A stretch of DNA of 64,000 nt from an uncultured Desulfarculus sp. (GTDB taxonomy: Bacteria > Desulfobacterota > Desulfarculia > Desulfarculales > Desulfarculaceae): assembly GCA_963665125.2 (NCBI GenBank), contig CAXXUK010000001.1:2752001-2816000 (forward strand), given 5' to 3'. Below the pieces are notes generated by a model. It saw only the letters and a program-made list of their open reading frames with translations. It ran no database searches and was not told the DNA's origin. Made by a program: the position numbers and the translations under genes. Each line of letters opens with the position of its first letter. Positions within the stretch are counted from its first letter, which is position 1. Of this stretch, positions 15,946 through 25,505 are shown one piece after another.

Positions 15946-18900
15946 CTAAGAGGCGTCGTCTCCCTTCCGCAAGACTGACCGAATCGCCGCCAGCAGCTCG
16001 TGCCTGCGGTAGGGTTTGGCCACATACGCCGCCACGCCCTGTTCCATGATATCGCGCAAATGACTTTCCGGGGCGTAGCCGCTGGCTATTATCACCTTGG
16101 CGTCCGCATCGATCTGCTTGATCAGGGTAAGGCATTTATGCCCGCCCATGCCGGGCATGTTGACGTCCAACACCACTGCGGCTATGTCACTCTTACGTTG
16201 TTTGAAAACCTCCAGGGCCTCTTCACCGTTTTTGGCCAAGACCACCTCGTAACCAGATCTTTTAAGAATTTTAGAGCCGATATCCAACAGAACCGATTCG
16301 TCATCGACAAGCAAAATCAATCCGCTGCCTGTTTGGTGATGCGGCGCTTCAACCTCGTCTTGCGGTTCGTCCGTCGGGGATTCCCGGCCGCCCACTGGAA
16401 AATAAATTTTAAACGCCGTGCCCCGGCCCACCTCGCTGTAACAGTCGATGTGACCCAAGTGGCCCTTGATGATGCCGTATACCGTGGCCAAACCAAGGCC
16501 CGTGCCATGGCCGACATCCTTGGTGGTAAAAAACGGATCAAAAATATGCTGCAATGTCTTCTGGTCCATGCCTTGTCCGGTGTCGCTGACCATCAGCAGC
16601 ACGTAATCGCCCGGTCCCAAGGGGATTGCGGCCCTGGCGTCCTCCCTGGACACTCGCACCACGGACGTATGAAAACAAAGCTCGCCGCCGTCGGGCATGG
16701 AGTCCTGGGAATTGCTGGCCAAATTCATCATTACCTGTTCAATCTGGTTCGCGTTTCCCAGGATCAAGGGCAAATCATCAGCCAAGTTCAACTTGATATC
16801 GATCATTTTGGACAACATGCGGCGCAGGAGTTTTTCCGTCTGCCTTATTTCGTAATTCAGGTCGACGGGCCTGAGTTCAGCCTCTGTCTGCCTGCTGAAG
16901 GTCAATATTTGTTTGACCAGTTCCCTGGCCCTGCCGGCCGCCAGCAAGACGTTTTCCAGATCCTCCGGAGTCGGCATGCCTCCCGCCGCCGATTCCTGGG
17001 CCAGTTCGGTGAACCCGACTATGGCCGCCAGGATATTGTTGAAGTCGTGGGCGATTCCTCCGGCCAAGGTGCCCAAGGCCTCCATTTTTTGGGAATGGCG
17101 AAGCTGCTGCTCCAGCTTGAGTTTTTCCTCTTTGGCCCTTTTCACCGCGGTTACGTCATTGAAAACCCACAACTCGGCGTTGTCGACTATGCCGCCGTTG
17201 AACTCTATTTGGCGATATTCCCCATCCTTGCGATGGATTCGCAGGGTCCTTCCCTGACGAAAACCATTGTCCCGGTCGATCTCAAAAAGCCGCCGGAAGG
17301 CCACGGCCTCATCGCCAAACAGTTTACTGAACCATTTGTCGGTGGTGTCCATTTCGTGCCGGGCATATCCGGTGATCTGTTCGGCGGCCCGGTTGAGGAA
17401 TAAATACTCTCCATCGCGAAGCACCGCCCCCAGGGGCAGGTTTTCCACGATGTTGCGCAGGCGCCGTTCGCTTTCCCGGAGCAGACGGTCGGCCTTTTTG
17501 CGGTCGCTGATATCCATGGCCGTGAAAACAAGGCCCGCATCGAAATCGTCCGGTTCAATTTGGGCCGAACTCAGGAGCAGATCAAACACCGTCCCGTTTT
17601 TCCGGGCCCACCGCGTCTCCACCGTCCCCAGCCCCCTGTAACGGACATCGGCGTGTTTCTCGCGGCCCACGCGCTCGTATTCCTCGTCTGATTCGTACAA
17701 CCGCCTTGCCGGCATGCCGCTAAGTTCATGTTCCTCAAAACCGGTCAACAGCGTCATCTGGCGGTTTGTCCAATCGATGACCCTGTCTTTGCCCGACACC
17801 CTGCCGATGCCCACCGGCGCGGCGTGCATCAGGCTCTTTATCACGCTTTCGCTTTGACGCAGTTCATTGAGAATGCGTTTTTGCTCGGAAACATCGCGCA
17901 CCACCAAAACCCGCGCCTCGCCGCCTTTGTAGGTGATATCGCGGCTGCGAACCATAACGTCGAAAACGCTGCCTTCGGCGTCCACGGCCTGGGCTTCGCA
18001 ACGAACCGGCGTCGGAGACTCCATGGTCTTGAGCACGCACCTGAGGCTGTCTTGGGTAAACAACCTTTCAAAAGGCAGGCTAACCATGTCTCCATTGCCG
18101 TAGCCGAACATTTTGAAAGCCTCGGCGTTGGTGTCTATACAGCGGCCGTCGGCGACCACGAACACCGCCTCGAAAGCCGCTCCGGCCAGGGCCTGGTAAC
18201 GCTGCTCGCTTTCCTTGAGCGATTCTTCGGCGGCCAGGCGTTCGGTCACGTCCAGATTGAAGTTCAAGGTTGCCGGGCGGCCATCCCAATCGATGAGCAC
18301 CGTATGCAGTTCGGCCCAGCGCACCGTCCCGTCGCGTCTCAAAAGCCGGAACAAATAGACACTGGGCAGAGTCTCTCCGCCCAACCTGCGGTGGTGCCGC
18401 CCCTCGACAAGGTGGTGGTCCTCCGGATGAATGTATTCAACAAGCTTGTGCCCGACAATCTCAGGAGGTTCAAAACCCAGCATCTCGGCCATGGCCCTGT
18501 TGACATAACAGGCGGCTCCGTCCTGGGCCACGTTGATGCCGATGGGCGAACTATCGATCATCGCGCGAAGGTCGGTCTCCGAGCGTGACAGCGCGTCTTG
18601 AGCCGTTACCTTGTCGGTGATGTCCAGGCCGATGCCCCATCTGGCCCAGCCTTCAACTGGAAAGCTATTGGATATGTCGGTCCAGGCGATGATCCTCTGG
18701 GCGCCGTCGGCCGCCTGCAAATGCAATTCGCGCCCATGAAAATCATTGTCCTTGAACCGGCCGAGATTGACTACCTGCTCCCTATATTGCTCATTGGGAT
18801 ACAGCAGTTCCACCGCCTCTGGATTGTTCAGGATACGGTCCTTGGTGTACCCGGTGACCCTCTCGGCCTCCCTGTTCCAAAAGACGACGGTGCCCGCATC

Positions 18901-19077
18901 ATCAAGCGCGTAGATGATGATCGGCATATTTTCGGCAAGTTGGAGAAGATTCGAGCGATTCTGTTCGATCAGATCCAAGGTGTTCTTTTTATGCGAGCCA
19001 CTATTTGAGATGGCAAGCCAACGCAGGCGTTTGAGGGCAGACAGGGCCTGCTGACCGGCCGAACTCCCCCGCTGCAT
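15946..19077 (-). CDS. Cytoplasmic multi-PAS hybrid histidine kinase with receiver domain
   Basis: About five PAS repeats. QKMEALGTLAGGIAHDFNNIL, MNL..N..D, DTGQGM, FDPFFTTK..G.GTGLGL, receiver ILLVDDE...LDVNMP...KP. Confidence 0.95.
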   Translation of the reverse strand: MQRGSSAGQQALSALKRLRWLAISNSGSHKKNTLDLIEQNRSNLLQLAENMPIIIYALDDAGTVVFWNREAERVTGYTKDRILNNPEAVELLYPNEQYREQVVNLGRFKDNDFHGRELHLQAADGAQRIIAWTDISNSFPVEGWARWGIGLDITDKVTAQDALSRSETDLRAMIDSSPIGINVAQDGAACYVNRAMAEMLGFEPPEIVGHKLVEYIHPEDHHLVEGRHHRRLGGETLPSVYLFRLLRRDGTVRWAELHTVLIDWDGRPATLNFNLDVTERLAAEESLKESEQRYQALAGAAFEAVFVVADGRCIDTNAEAFKMFGYGNGDMVSLPFERLFTQDSLRCVLKTMESPTPVRCEAQAVDAEGSVFDVMVRSRDITYKGGEARVLVVRDVSEQKRILNELRQSESVIKSLMHAAPVGIGRVSGKDRVIDWTNRQMTLLTGFEEHELSGMPARRLYESDEEYERVGREKHADVRYRGLGTVETRWARKNGTVFDLLLSSAQIEPDDFDAGLVFTAMDISDRKKADRLLRESERRLRNIVENLPLGAVLRDGEYLFLNRAAEQITGYARHEMDTTDKWFSKLFGDEAVAFRRLFEIDRDNGFRQGRTLRIHRKDGEYRQIEFNGGIVDNAELWVFNDVTAVKRAKEEKLKLEQQLRHSQKMEALGTLAGGIAHDFNNILAAIVGFTELAQESAAGGMPTPEDLENVLLAAGRARELVKQILTFSRQTEAELRPVDLNYEIRQTEKLLRRMLSKMIDIKLNLADDLPLILGNANQIEQVMMNLASNSQDSMPDGGELCFHTSVVRVSREDARAAIPLGPGDYVLLMVSDTGQGMDQKTLQHIFDPFFTTKDVGHGTGLGLATVYGIIKGHLGHIDCYSEVGRGTAFKIYFPVGGRESPTDEPQDEVEAPHHQTGSGLILLVDDESVLLDIGSKILKRSGYEVVLAKNGEEALEVFKQRKSDIAAVVLDVNMPGMGGHKCLTLIKQIDADAKVIIASGYAPESHLRDIMEQGVAAYVAKPYRRHELLAAIRSVLRKGDDAS

Positions 19078-19249
19078 ACATCGGCCTCCGGCAATCTGTA
19101 CCTATAAGGTTATGGTAAGCATGTTGAGCATCTTGCCGCAAGTACTATTGATCCCCAATCAGCTAATAACCATTGCCCATCAAAAAGACGTGCTGGCGTA
19201 TACAGCCCGAGCGCTTTACAATGACACGACAAACATTGACTGGAGCGAC

Positions 19250-22200
19250 GTGGGCATCCGATTCTACATTACGCCGAGGCGCCTGATACTGATAGCCATC
19301 GCGTTTATTGGTCTGTTCCTGCGTCTTTGGGGGCTGTCCTGGGGCCACGGGCAGGTCGTGCACAATCCCGGCGAATGGGCCTGGCGGGCGGTTGACCATC
19401 TTTCCCTGAGCACACCGGTATATCCGGGGATGTTCAACCAGGCCTTTTATTCCCTGGCCGCATTTTTTCACAGCTCGGTCTCGTCTTTGTTGGGGTCCAT
19501 CGGCCTGATGACAGGCCAAACCAGGTTTGTTTCAGAGGCGGTTCTTTCCCCCCTGATTACAACCAGACTGCTGGCCGCCCTTTTTTCAACAGGCCAAATT
19601 GTCATGGCCTATATCCTGGGGCGGCGCTGCTTCCGCAGCGTGGGCACGGGCATGCTGGCCGCGGCCATGGTTGCCTGCAGCCCGATTCTGGTAGCCGAGG
19701 GCCACAGCATTTCCATTTCGGCTCCGCTGGGCGTCATGTCCCTGACCTGCATGTTGATTTGCCTGGGCCTGCTGGCGCGGCCCACCTGGCGGATATGCGC
19801 CTTGGCCGGTTTGGCCGCAGGATTCACTCTCACTATTCATCCGCTGGGCTTCGGCGTCTGGCCTTTGTTTTTTTGCACGTTCATCGCGGCCTTGAAAGGG
19901 CAGAAGGTCCGGCCTGTTCAATACCTTTTGATCATGCCCCTGGCCTCCCTGCTCGGGCTGGCCATTGGGCTTTTGGCAGGCTGTCCGGGGTTGATAACGC
20001 CTGAATTCTGGCAGTCCGACGCCATGTCGATCCTCTTGCCGCCCACGCCCGCGGAAGGCTGGTTCAAGCTGCTGCACACCAACCTGGCCGACGTCCTGCA
20101 CCTGTTGACCGATGTGGGAGGGTTGGCGGTCATGGGCCTGTGGCTGGCAGGCGTTGGCCTGTGCTTGCGCCGTTCCACCCCCGCCAGACTGCTTTTTGCC
20201 TCCGCTCCCGTGCCGTTTATTTTAATCGGCCTCATGGGACAGACCGACACTATCCCCATGTTCGTGGCTTCGTGGCTTCCCCTGGCCTGCGTATCGGCGG
20301 GCTGGCCTCTTGTTCTCCTGTGCCGCATGCCGGAAAAATACAGCCGCCAATTGGCCCTGGCATTTAGCATAGGCGTGTTGATCTGCATCACGCCGCTGTG
20401 GAAGTCCATGGGCCTGTCCTATCTGTTTTGGCAGCAGGACACGTTCACCAGCGCGGCGGACTGGCTTATACGGAACAAGCCGTCCCAGGCCAAGCTCCTG
20501 ATCGGAAAGGGCGTGCCTCAGGACCTTTTCCCCAAGGCCGAACCCCTACCTGGAAAAGTCGACATTTCGGAGATCATATCCAACGGCTCCTATGTATTGC
20601 TCCCGGCCGGACAGGACGATCATCCCGGACTGCAAAGGCTTGCCCTTTTCAATTTGAGCAGCATTTGGTATCCCCTGGGCGGCATTTCCGCAAACGAATT
20701 CCCGGCATGGCTGAGCCCAACCCTGGCAATCTACGGCCCGGCCTGGCCGGAAAACATTCGGCGCCCCCTGGCTCTGTTCAAGCAGGGGGCCCAACCGCGC
20801 CGCGCCTATGATCTGATCCACACCGCCGGCAGCACCTACGGCAAATGCAACCAAAGCATGCTCGTCGGACCGGGAAGCTGGCGCCAAAGGGTAATCCGCA
20901 GCGGCCAACCCCTGGAAGCCATCGCCGTGGACATGCGCAACCTTGGCCGCGACCTGGCGGTGGTGCAAGTCCGGCAAGGCCTGCGCTGGGCCCGCGACTA
21001 CAACATTTTCCCGGGCCAGGAGGCCGAGGTTATTTTCGACGCCGCCTCATGGCCTCCCATGCGGGGTGGACTACAGCCGGTCAAGGTCCGGGTTTTGAGG
21101 GGCGAAAACGTCTGGGCCCGCATCGAGTGGGACCCCTTGATGATCGGACGCCTGGCCCTGGAAAAAGGCGAATTTGATTTGGCCCGTAAAATGCTTCTAC
21201 AGGCCGTCAAGCGTTATCCTGGCAGTTTTGACGCAGCCGCCATGCTGGCCGGTTCCCTGGCCGCCTTGAACCGCCTCAACGCGGCCGGCTTGGTCTTGGA
21301 GGCCATCCAGGGTATAGACGACCACACCGCAGACAAGTTCATCAAGCTGGCCGCCGAACCTGGCGGTCCCCAGTGGGACGCCGAACTGCGGCGTCTGACA
21401 GGCTACGACACCCGCCTGTTGCGCAGGGCCACTGTGGAGGTTTTCAATATCGGAGGACCGGCCTTGCGCTCCGAGGGTAAAAAAATCCCCTTCGAGGGCA
21501 AGGGCTACAGCGGTGTCACCCTGAACAATGACGACGGCGGTTTTATCAAGATCTGGCTCAAAGACCCCACGCCCAGGGGGCATCAGTCGGCCCGCCTGGT
21601 CTTGGCCCTGAAGGACCACCAGCGGGCCAATGGAAAGCTGGCGGTAGCCGAGGTCTGGGGCCACGGCCCGGAAGGCTCGTCCCTGCTGGCCCAGCGGCAT
21701 ATCAACGCCGAGGACTTTACGGACCAGGCGTTGGTTGTGGAGTTGCCTTTTGAAAACAAGAGGCCGGGCGCCAGTCTTGAAATCGATCTCAACCTGTTGC
21801 GAAAGACGGACCTGCGGCTCCAGCAACTGCATGTCGGTGTCGACCTGAGGGGTCACATCAGGGGCACCCTGCGCTGGTTTCATGACGCCAGCGGCCGGGT
21901 GCACCTGGAACGGGGCCGGTATGCCGAGGCCGTGAAGAGCTTTGAGGCCATCTTGAAAATTGACCCCGAATTCACCAGGGCCTACATCCCCCTGGCAAGG
22001 TCACTAATCGATGCCGGCCAAACCAAACGCGCGGCCGAAGTCGTCCGACAGGCCGAGGGCCTTTTCAGCGGGCAGCCGGACATGCTCTCGGAAGTTCGTT
22101 CCCGGTACCAGGCCCTGCGCATGGACGAGGATGCGGCGCGGGTAGAAAAGAGCCTGGCAGATCTGCGGCCCTCGCTGAAGTTTGAAAGCCGTTTCGAGGG

Positions 22201-22612
22201 CGGCCTGACCCTTTTGGGTTACGACATGCCCCAAAACACGGCCCAGCCCGGAGGCGTGCTGGACATCAATTACTACTGGCGGGCCTGGGCCAAACCACCC
22301 ACCAACTACTTCGTGTTCGTGCACCTGGAGGGCCAGGGCCGTGTGGTCAACTACGACCACATGCTCGATCACGGCAGGGTTTCCATGACCGGGCTCAAGC
22401 CGGGCCAGGTGGTGCGGGAAAATTATCAGTTGAAGCTCCCCGGCGATCTGCCGCCGGGCGACTACAAGCTCGTGGTCGGTCTTTGGGACCCCAAATTCAC
22501 CGGCAAGGGCATGAACATCATCGACGGCAAGGGGCAGGGTTCCAAGGAACAGGTGCTGACCACGATAAAGGTGACCCAGCCGGACGCCACATCAACTCCG
22601 GGGAGCCCATAG
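19250..22612 (+). CDS. Large membrane protein: ArnT/PMT-like (GT-C) glycosyltransferase region plus periplasmic TPR and beta-sandwich domains
   Basis: Multiple TMs with LRLWGL.WG, RLLAALFS.G.I...Y.LGRR, LAAA..A.SP. TPRs (GRY.EA...FE.IL.IDP). C-terminal LLGYD...YYW...YFVFVHL...PGDY.L.VGLWD. GTG after GGAG. Confidence 0.7.
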   Translation: MGIRFYITPRRLILIAIAFIGLFLRLWGLSWGHGQVVHNPGEWAWRAVDHLSLSTPVYPGMFNQAFYSLAAFFHSSVSSLLGSIGLMTGQTRFVSEAVLSPLITTRLLAALFSTGQIVMAYILGRRCFRSVGTGMLAAAMVACSPILVAEGHSISISAPLGVMSLTCMLICLGLLARPTWRICALAGLAAGFTLTIHPLGFGVWPLFFCTFIAALKGQKVRPVQYLLIMPLASLLGLAIGLLAGCPGLITPEFWQSDAMSILLPPTPAEGWFKLLHTNLADVLHLLTDVGGLAVMGLWLAGVGLCLRRSTPARLLFASAPVPFILIGLMGQTDTIPMFVASWLPLACVSAGWPLVLLCRMPEKYSRQLALAFSIGVLICITPLWKSMGLSYLFWQQDTFTSAADWLIRNKPSQAKLLIGKGVPQDLFPKAEPLPGKVDISEIISNGSYVLLPAGQDDHPGLQRLALFNLSSIWYPLGGISANEFPAWLSPTLAIYGPAWPENIRRPLALFKQGAQPRRAYDLIHTAGSTYGKCNQSMLVGPGSWRQRVIRSGQPLEAIAVDMRNLGRDLAVVQVRQGLRWARDYNIFPGQEAEVIFDAASWPPMRGGLQPVKVRVLRGENVWARIEWDPLMIGRLALEKGEFDLARKMLLQAVKRYPGSFDAAAMLAGSLAALNRLNAAGLVLEAIQGIDDHTADKFIKLAAEPGGPQWDAELRRLTGYDTRLLRRATVEVFNIGGPALRSEGKKIPFEGKGYSGVTLNNDDGGFIKIWLKDPTPRGHQSARLVLALKDHQRANGKLAVAEVWGHGPEGSSLLAQRHINAEDFTDQALVVELPFENKRPGASLEIDLNLLRKTDLRLQQLHVGVDLRGHIRGTLRWFHDASGRVHLERGRYAEAVKSFEAILKIDPEFTRAYIPLARSLIDAGQTKRAAEVVRQAEGLFSGQPDMLSEVRSRYQALRMDEDAARVEKSLADLRPSLKFESRFEGGLTLLGYDMPQNTAQPGGVLDINYYWRAWAKPPTNYFVFVHLEGQGRVVNYDHMLDHGRVSMTGLKPGQVVRENYQLKLPGDLPPGDYKLVVGLWDPKFTGKGMNIIDGKGQGSKEQVLTTIKVTQPDATSTPGSP

Positions 22613-25408
22613 CCGGATCCGCTGCACCGACCAGTGAAATTCCTTTGTTTGCGCGTCGAGGATGATTTTCAGATAACGGCCCGTGGCGCCGGGGACGAAC
22701 TCGTATTGGCCGTGGTTGCTTTTGCCGGGGACCAGCATCGGTCCGCACATGGTCAAGGGCCCGGCCAGCCGAGCCGGGACCGGGGTCCACTGTTTGGCGT
22801 CGTCGGAAACCTCAAAGCGCAGGCCCCGGGGATAATCCATGATAAAGTCCTGATTATACAAGGCCAACCGGCCGATTTGCCTCTTCTCGCCAAGATCCAC
22901 GGTCATACTGATGCCCGGTTTTTGGGGCATGCCGCTGGCCCAGTTGGCCTGGTTGCCGTGGGCCAGGGCGGCGGCCTCCACCGGGTTGACCGAGGCGTCC
23001 ACGGCCTGGGCATCCATCTCCGGTCCCAGGGCCAGGCCGTCCAATAGAAACACACTCATCCGGCCCGCCGGTTTTTCTCTAAAGGCGCAGCCCCAGCGGT
23101 TCAGAGCTCCGGCGGCCTGGGCGGCCTGGCCCGCCTCCACGGCCAGGGCCGTGCCCGGTCCGGGGTCGATGAGCACCGGCTGCTCCACCGGCGGCACGCT
23201 GTGCCCGAAATTGTCCGTGCTCCAGTTGGCCATCAGCGTCCGGTAACGGCCCGGCGCGTTCTGGTGCAGATAGGCGCTGATCCAGGCGTCGCCGTAGACC
23301 CATTTAACTCCCTCCCCTTCCAGGGCCTCCAATAGCAGCCGGGCGCTGTCGGGCCAATCCGGCCGCAGCCGCGGCGGCATCAGCTCGGGCTGCCACACGG
23401 CCAGCTCCCGCACGGCTGATTCCACTCCGCCGAATTTGCCGTCAACTTCGGAAATGCGGATAAAACGGGCCTCCAGCGGCGCGAAATGGGCCTCCAGGCG
23501 GGGGTAGCGGTACTTGTTAAACAGGTGCGGCCCGGACCAGTACAGCGGCCCCAAATCGGAACTCCACCTTCTGTCCAAAACAGCCCGGCCTTGGCCGTCC
23601 AGCAACTCCACCCGCACCGACTGCGGCGATTCCCAGTAACTGGCCGGGATCAGGGCCACGGCGCAGAGCATTGTCTCGCCGCCCAGATCCACCATCACCG
23701 GTCCGGCTCCGGCCGCCACGCCGCTGGTCAAGTCGTTGTCGAACAGGCTTGCCGCCTTGATATCGCCCTCATCCGGGGAGACCGGCCGCCAGGCTCGGCG
23801 GTCCATGAGCTTTCTGCCGGAATAGGGCAAGCTCATGTCGCAGTAGGCCGGCCCCATGACTTGCAGGCGAATCTTCTTGGGCATGTCGAGTTTGCGGTAG
23901 CCCACACCGGCAAAGGCCATCTCGCCGTCAAGGGGCATCATGAAGGCCGGTTTTTCCATGGCGTCGACCTGGGAGGAGGCAAACAGACGGCGTTCGGCCC
24001 TGGACTGGCAAAACTGCGGTTGGCCGCCGGACAGGAAGGCCCATTCCTGGGACTGGTGGACATAGACGCCTTCAACGCCAGCGCCGCGTAAGTTGGCGAT
24101 TGCCTGGTTGTATTTGGGCTCCTGGGTGAAATAGAAGCCCCCCTGGTCCAGCACGAACCCGCCGCGATAGGTCCAGTAGCCCCCGGCGTGAACCACGAGT
24201 AGAAGGCAGGCAATGGCCGCCGGGGCCCATTTGGCCTTCAGAGTATCGGCCGCGGCGGCCCAGGCAAACGGCAGCACCAGGTATAGGGGCAGCAAATAGC
24301 GAAAATCCTTAAACATCAGGTTCTTGCCGAACCAACTGAAGAGCAGGATGCCGATATTGCACAGGGCCACGCCCCAAAGCATCAGGCCGTAGCGGTTTTG
24401 CTTTTGGCGCGAACGCCACAAGACCACCAGCATGCACGCCAGAGTCGCGGCGGCAAAGGCCAGATAGAGCCAGAACCAGGGGCTGTGGATGTTTTTTTGC
24501 TCGGGGCCCGGGTTGACGCCAAGAATGTGGGGCATGGCGTTGACGGCCAGCAAATCCCAGTTGGACCAAAGCCAATCCAGGCCGAACGTCTCGCCGGCCA
24601 CGGGCCGGTCCAGAAAGCCGTAACTCAGCTTGTAATAAACTACCGGCCAAATGCCGGCCAACAGGCCAGCTGCTCCGGCGATCAAATTGCCCGGGCGCAC
24701 CAGGCGCAGGCGGAAAAACGCCAAAAACAGACCGCACGGGGCGATGACCACGGCGGTCTGGCTATTGGCCCAATAGCCCAAACCGGCCAACAGGCCCCAC
24801 AGGCAGGTCTGCCAAACGGGCCACTGTTCGGCCCGCCACATCACGATGCTAAGCCAAACTACGAGCGAGCCGATAAACAGGCTCAGGGAATAGTGGGTCA
24901 GGGCCTGGCCAGCGTGGAACATCAATTCGGCCGGCGGGATGGCCAGGTACAACAACCCCACCAGCACGCCGGCCCTGGAGTTGACCAGTTTCAGGGATCG
25001 ATACACCGCGATCATCGTCAGCAGATAATAAAACACCGGCCAGAAGTTCCAGGCCAGCGAAGACGGACCGGTCAGAGCCAACAGCGGCGCGGCGATATAG
25101 CCATCAAGGGCTCCCATCTTGTGCAGGCCGTAGATATAGACGGGCCAGCGCCCTTCCAGCGCGGCCTGGGCCAACAGACCGCAGTTGGCCTGGTCCACCC
25201 AGAGGAAGGACAGGACCCAGCGCCAGACAAGCAGCACCCCGGCCACAATGAAAAGAGCCAGGGCCGCCTTGTCCAAACCCGTGCCGAATTGTTTCACACC
25301 GTGGGGTTGCCGCGCCTTCACAATTGGTCCAGCCGTTTGTTTTGTTGTTTTATAACGCCCGGTTGAAGAACGAATCAGCCCAAGATAACATACGAAAAAC
25401 CCGGACAC
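22592..25408 (-). CDS. GT-C (ArnT/PMT-like) membrane glycosyltransferase with two C-terminal discoidin (F5/8 type C)-like domains
   Basis: DQA..GL.A...EG..P.Y.YG...MG.L..Y, GLLAGLGYW, RYLLPLY. Discoidin motifs FDND..S...VDLG and W.SG.PQ.PG...VDLG..DYPRG...EVS.D...W..GRYLKI. Start uncertain (may be the GTG near 25298). Confidence 0.72.
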   Translation of the reverse strand: MSGFFVCYLGLIRSSTGRYKTTKQTAGPIVKARQPHGVKQFGTGLDKAALALFIVAGVLLVWRWVLSFLWVDQANCGLLAQAALEGRWPVYIYGLHKMGALDGYIAAPLLALTGPSSLAWNFWPVFYYLLTMIAVYRSLKLVNSRAGVLVGLLYLAIPPAELMFHAGQALTHYSLSLFIGSLVVWLSIVMWRAEQWPVWQTCLWGLLAGLGYWANSQTAVVIAPCGLFLAFFRLRLVRPGNLIAGAAGLLAGIWPVVYYKLSYGFLDRPVAGETFGLDWLWSNWDLLAVNAMPHILGVNPGPEQKNIHSPWFWLYLAFAAATLACMLVVLWRSRQKQNRYGLMLWGVALCNIGILLFSWFGKNLMFKDFRYLLPLYLVLPFAWAAAADTLKAKWAPAAIACLLLVVHAGGYWTYRGGFVLDQGGFYFTQEPKYNQAIANLRGAGVEGVYVHQSQEWAFLSGGQPQFCQSRAERRLFASSQVDAMEKPAFMMPLDGEMAFAGVGYRKLDMPKKIRLQVMGPAYCDMSLPYSGRKLMDRRAWRPVSPDEGDIKAASLFDNDLTSGVAAGAGPVMVDLGGETMLCAVALIPASYWESPQSVRVELLDGQGRAVLDRRWSSDLGPLYWSGPHLFNKYRYPRLEAHFAPLEARFIRISEVDGKFGGVESAVRELAVWQPELMPPRLRPDWPDSARLLLEALEGEGVKWVYGDAWISAYLHQNAPGRYRTLMANWSTDNFGHSVPPVEQPVLIDPGPGTALAVEAGQAAQAAGALNRWGCAFREKPAGRMSVFLLDGLALGPEMDAQAVDASVNPVEAAALAHGNQANWASGMPQKPGISMTVDLGEKRQIGRLALYNQDFIMDYPRGLRFEVSDDAKQWTPVPARLAGPLTMCGPMLVPGKSNHGQYEFVPGATGRYLKIILDAQTKEFHWSVQRIRLWAPRS

Positions 25409-25505
25409 CAGATAGACACCGTGTTCTTTGTTGCATTGAACACGCTAGAGGTTCAAACTCTTAGAGCAATAAGCTACATATAAACCCAACCAGCGAGACG
25501 AAAAA

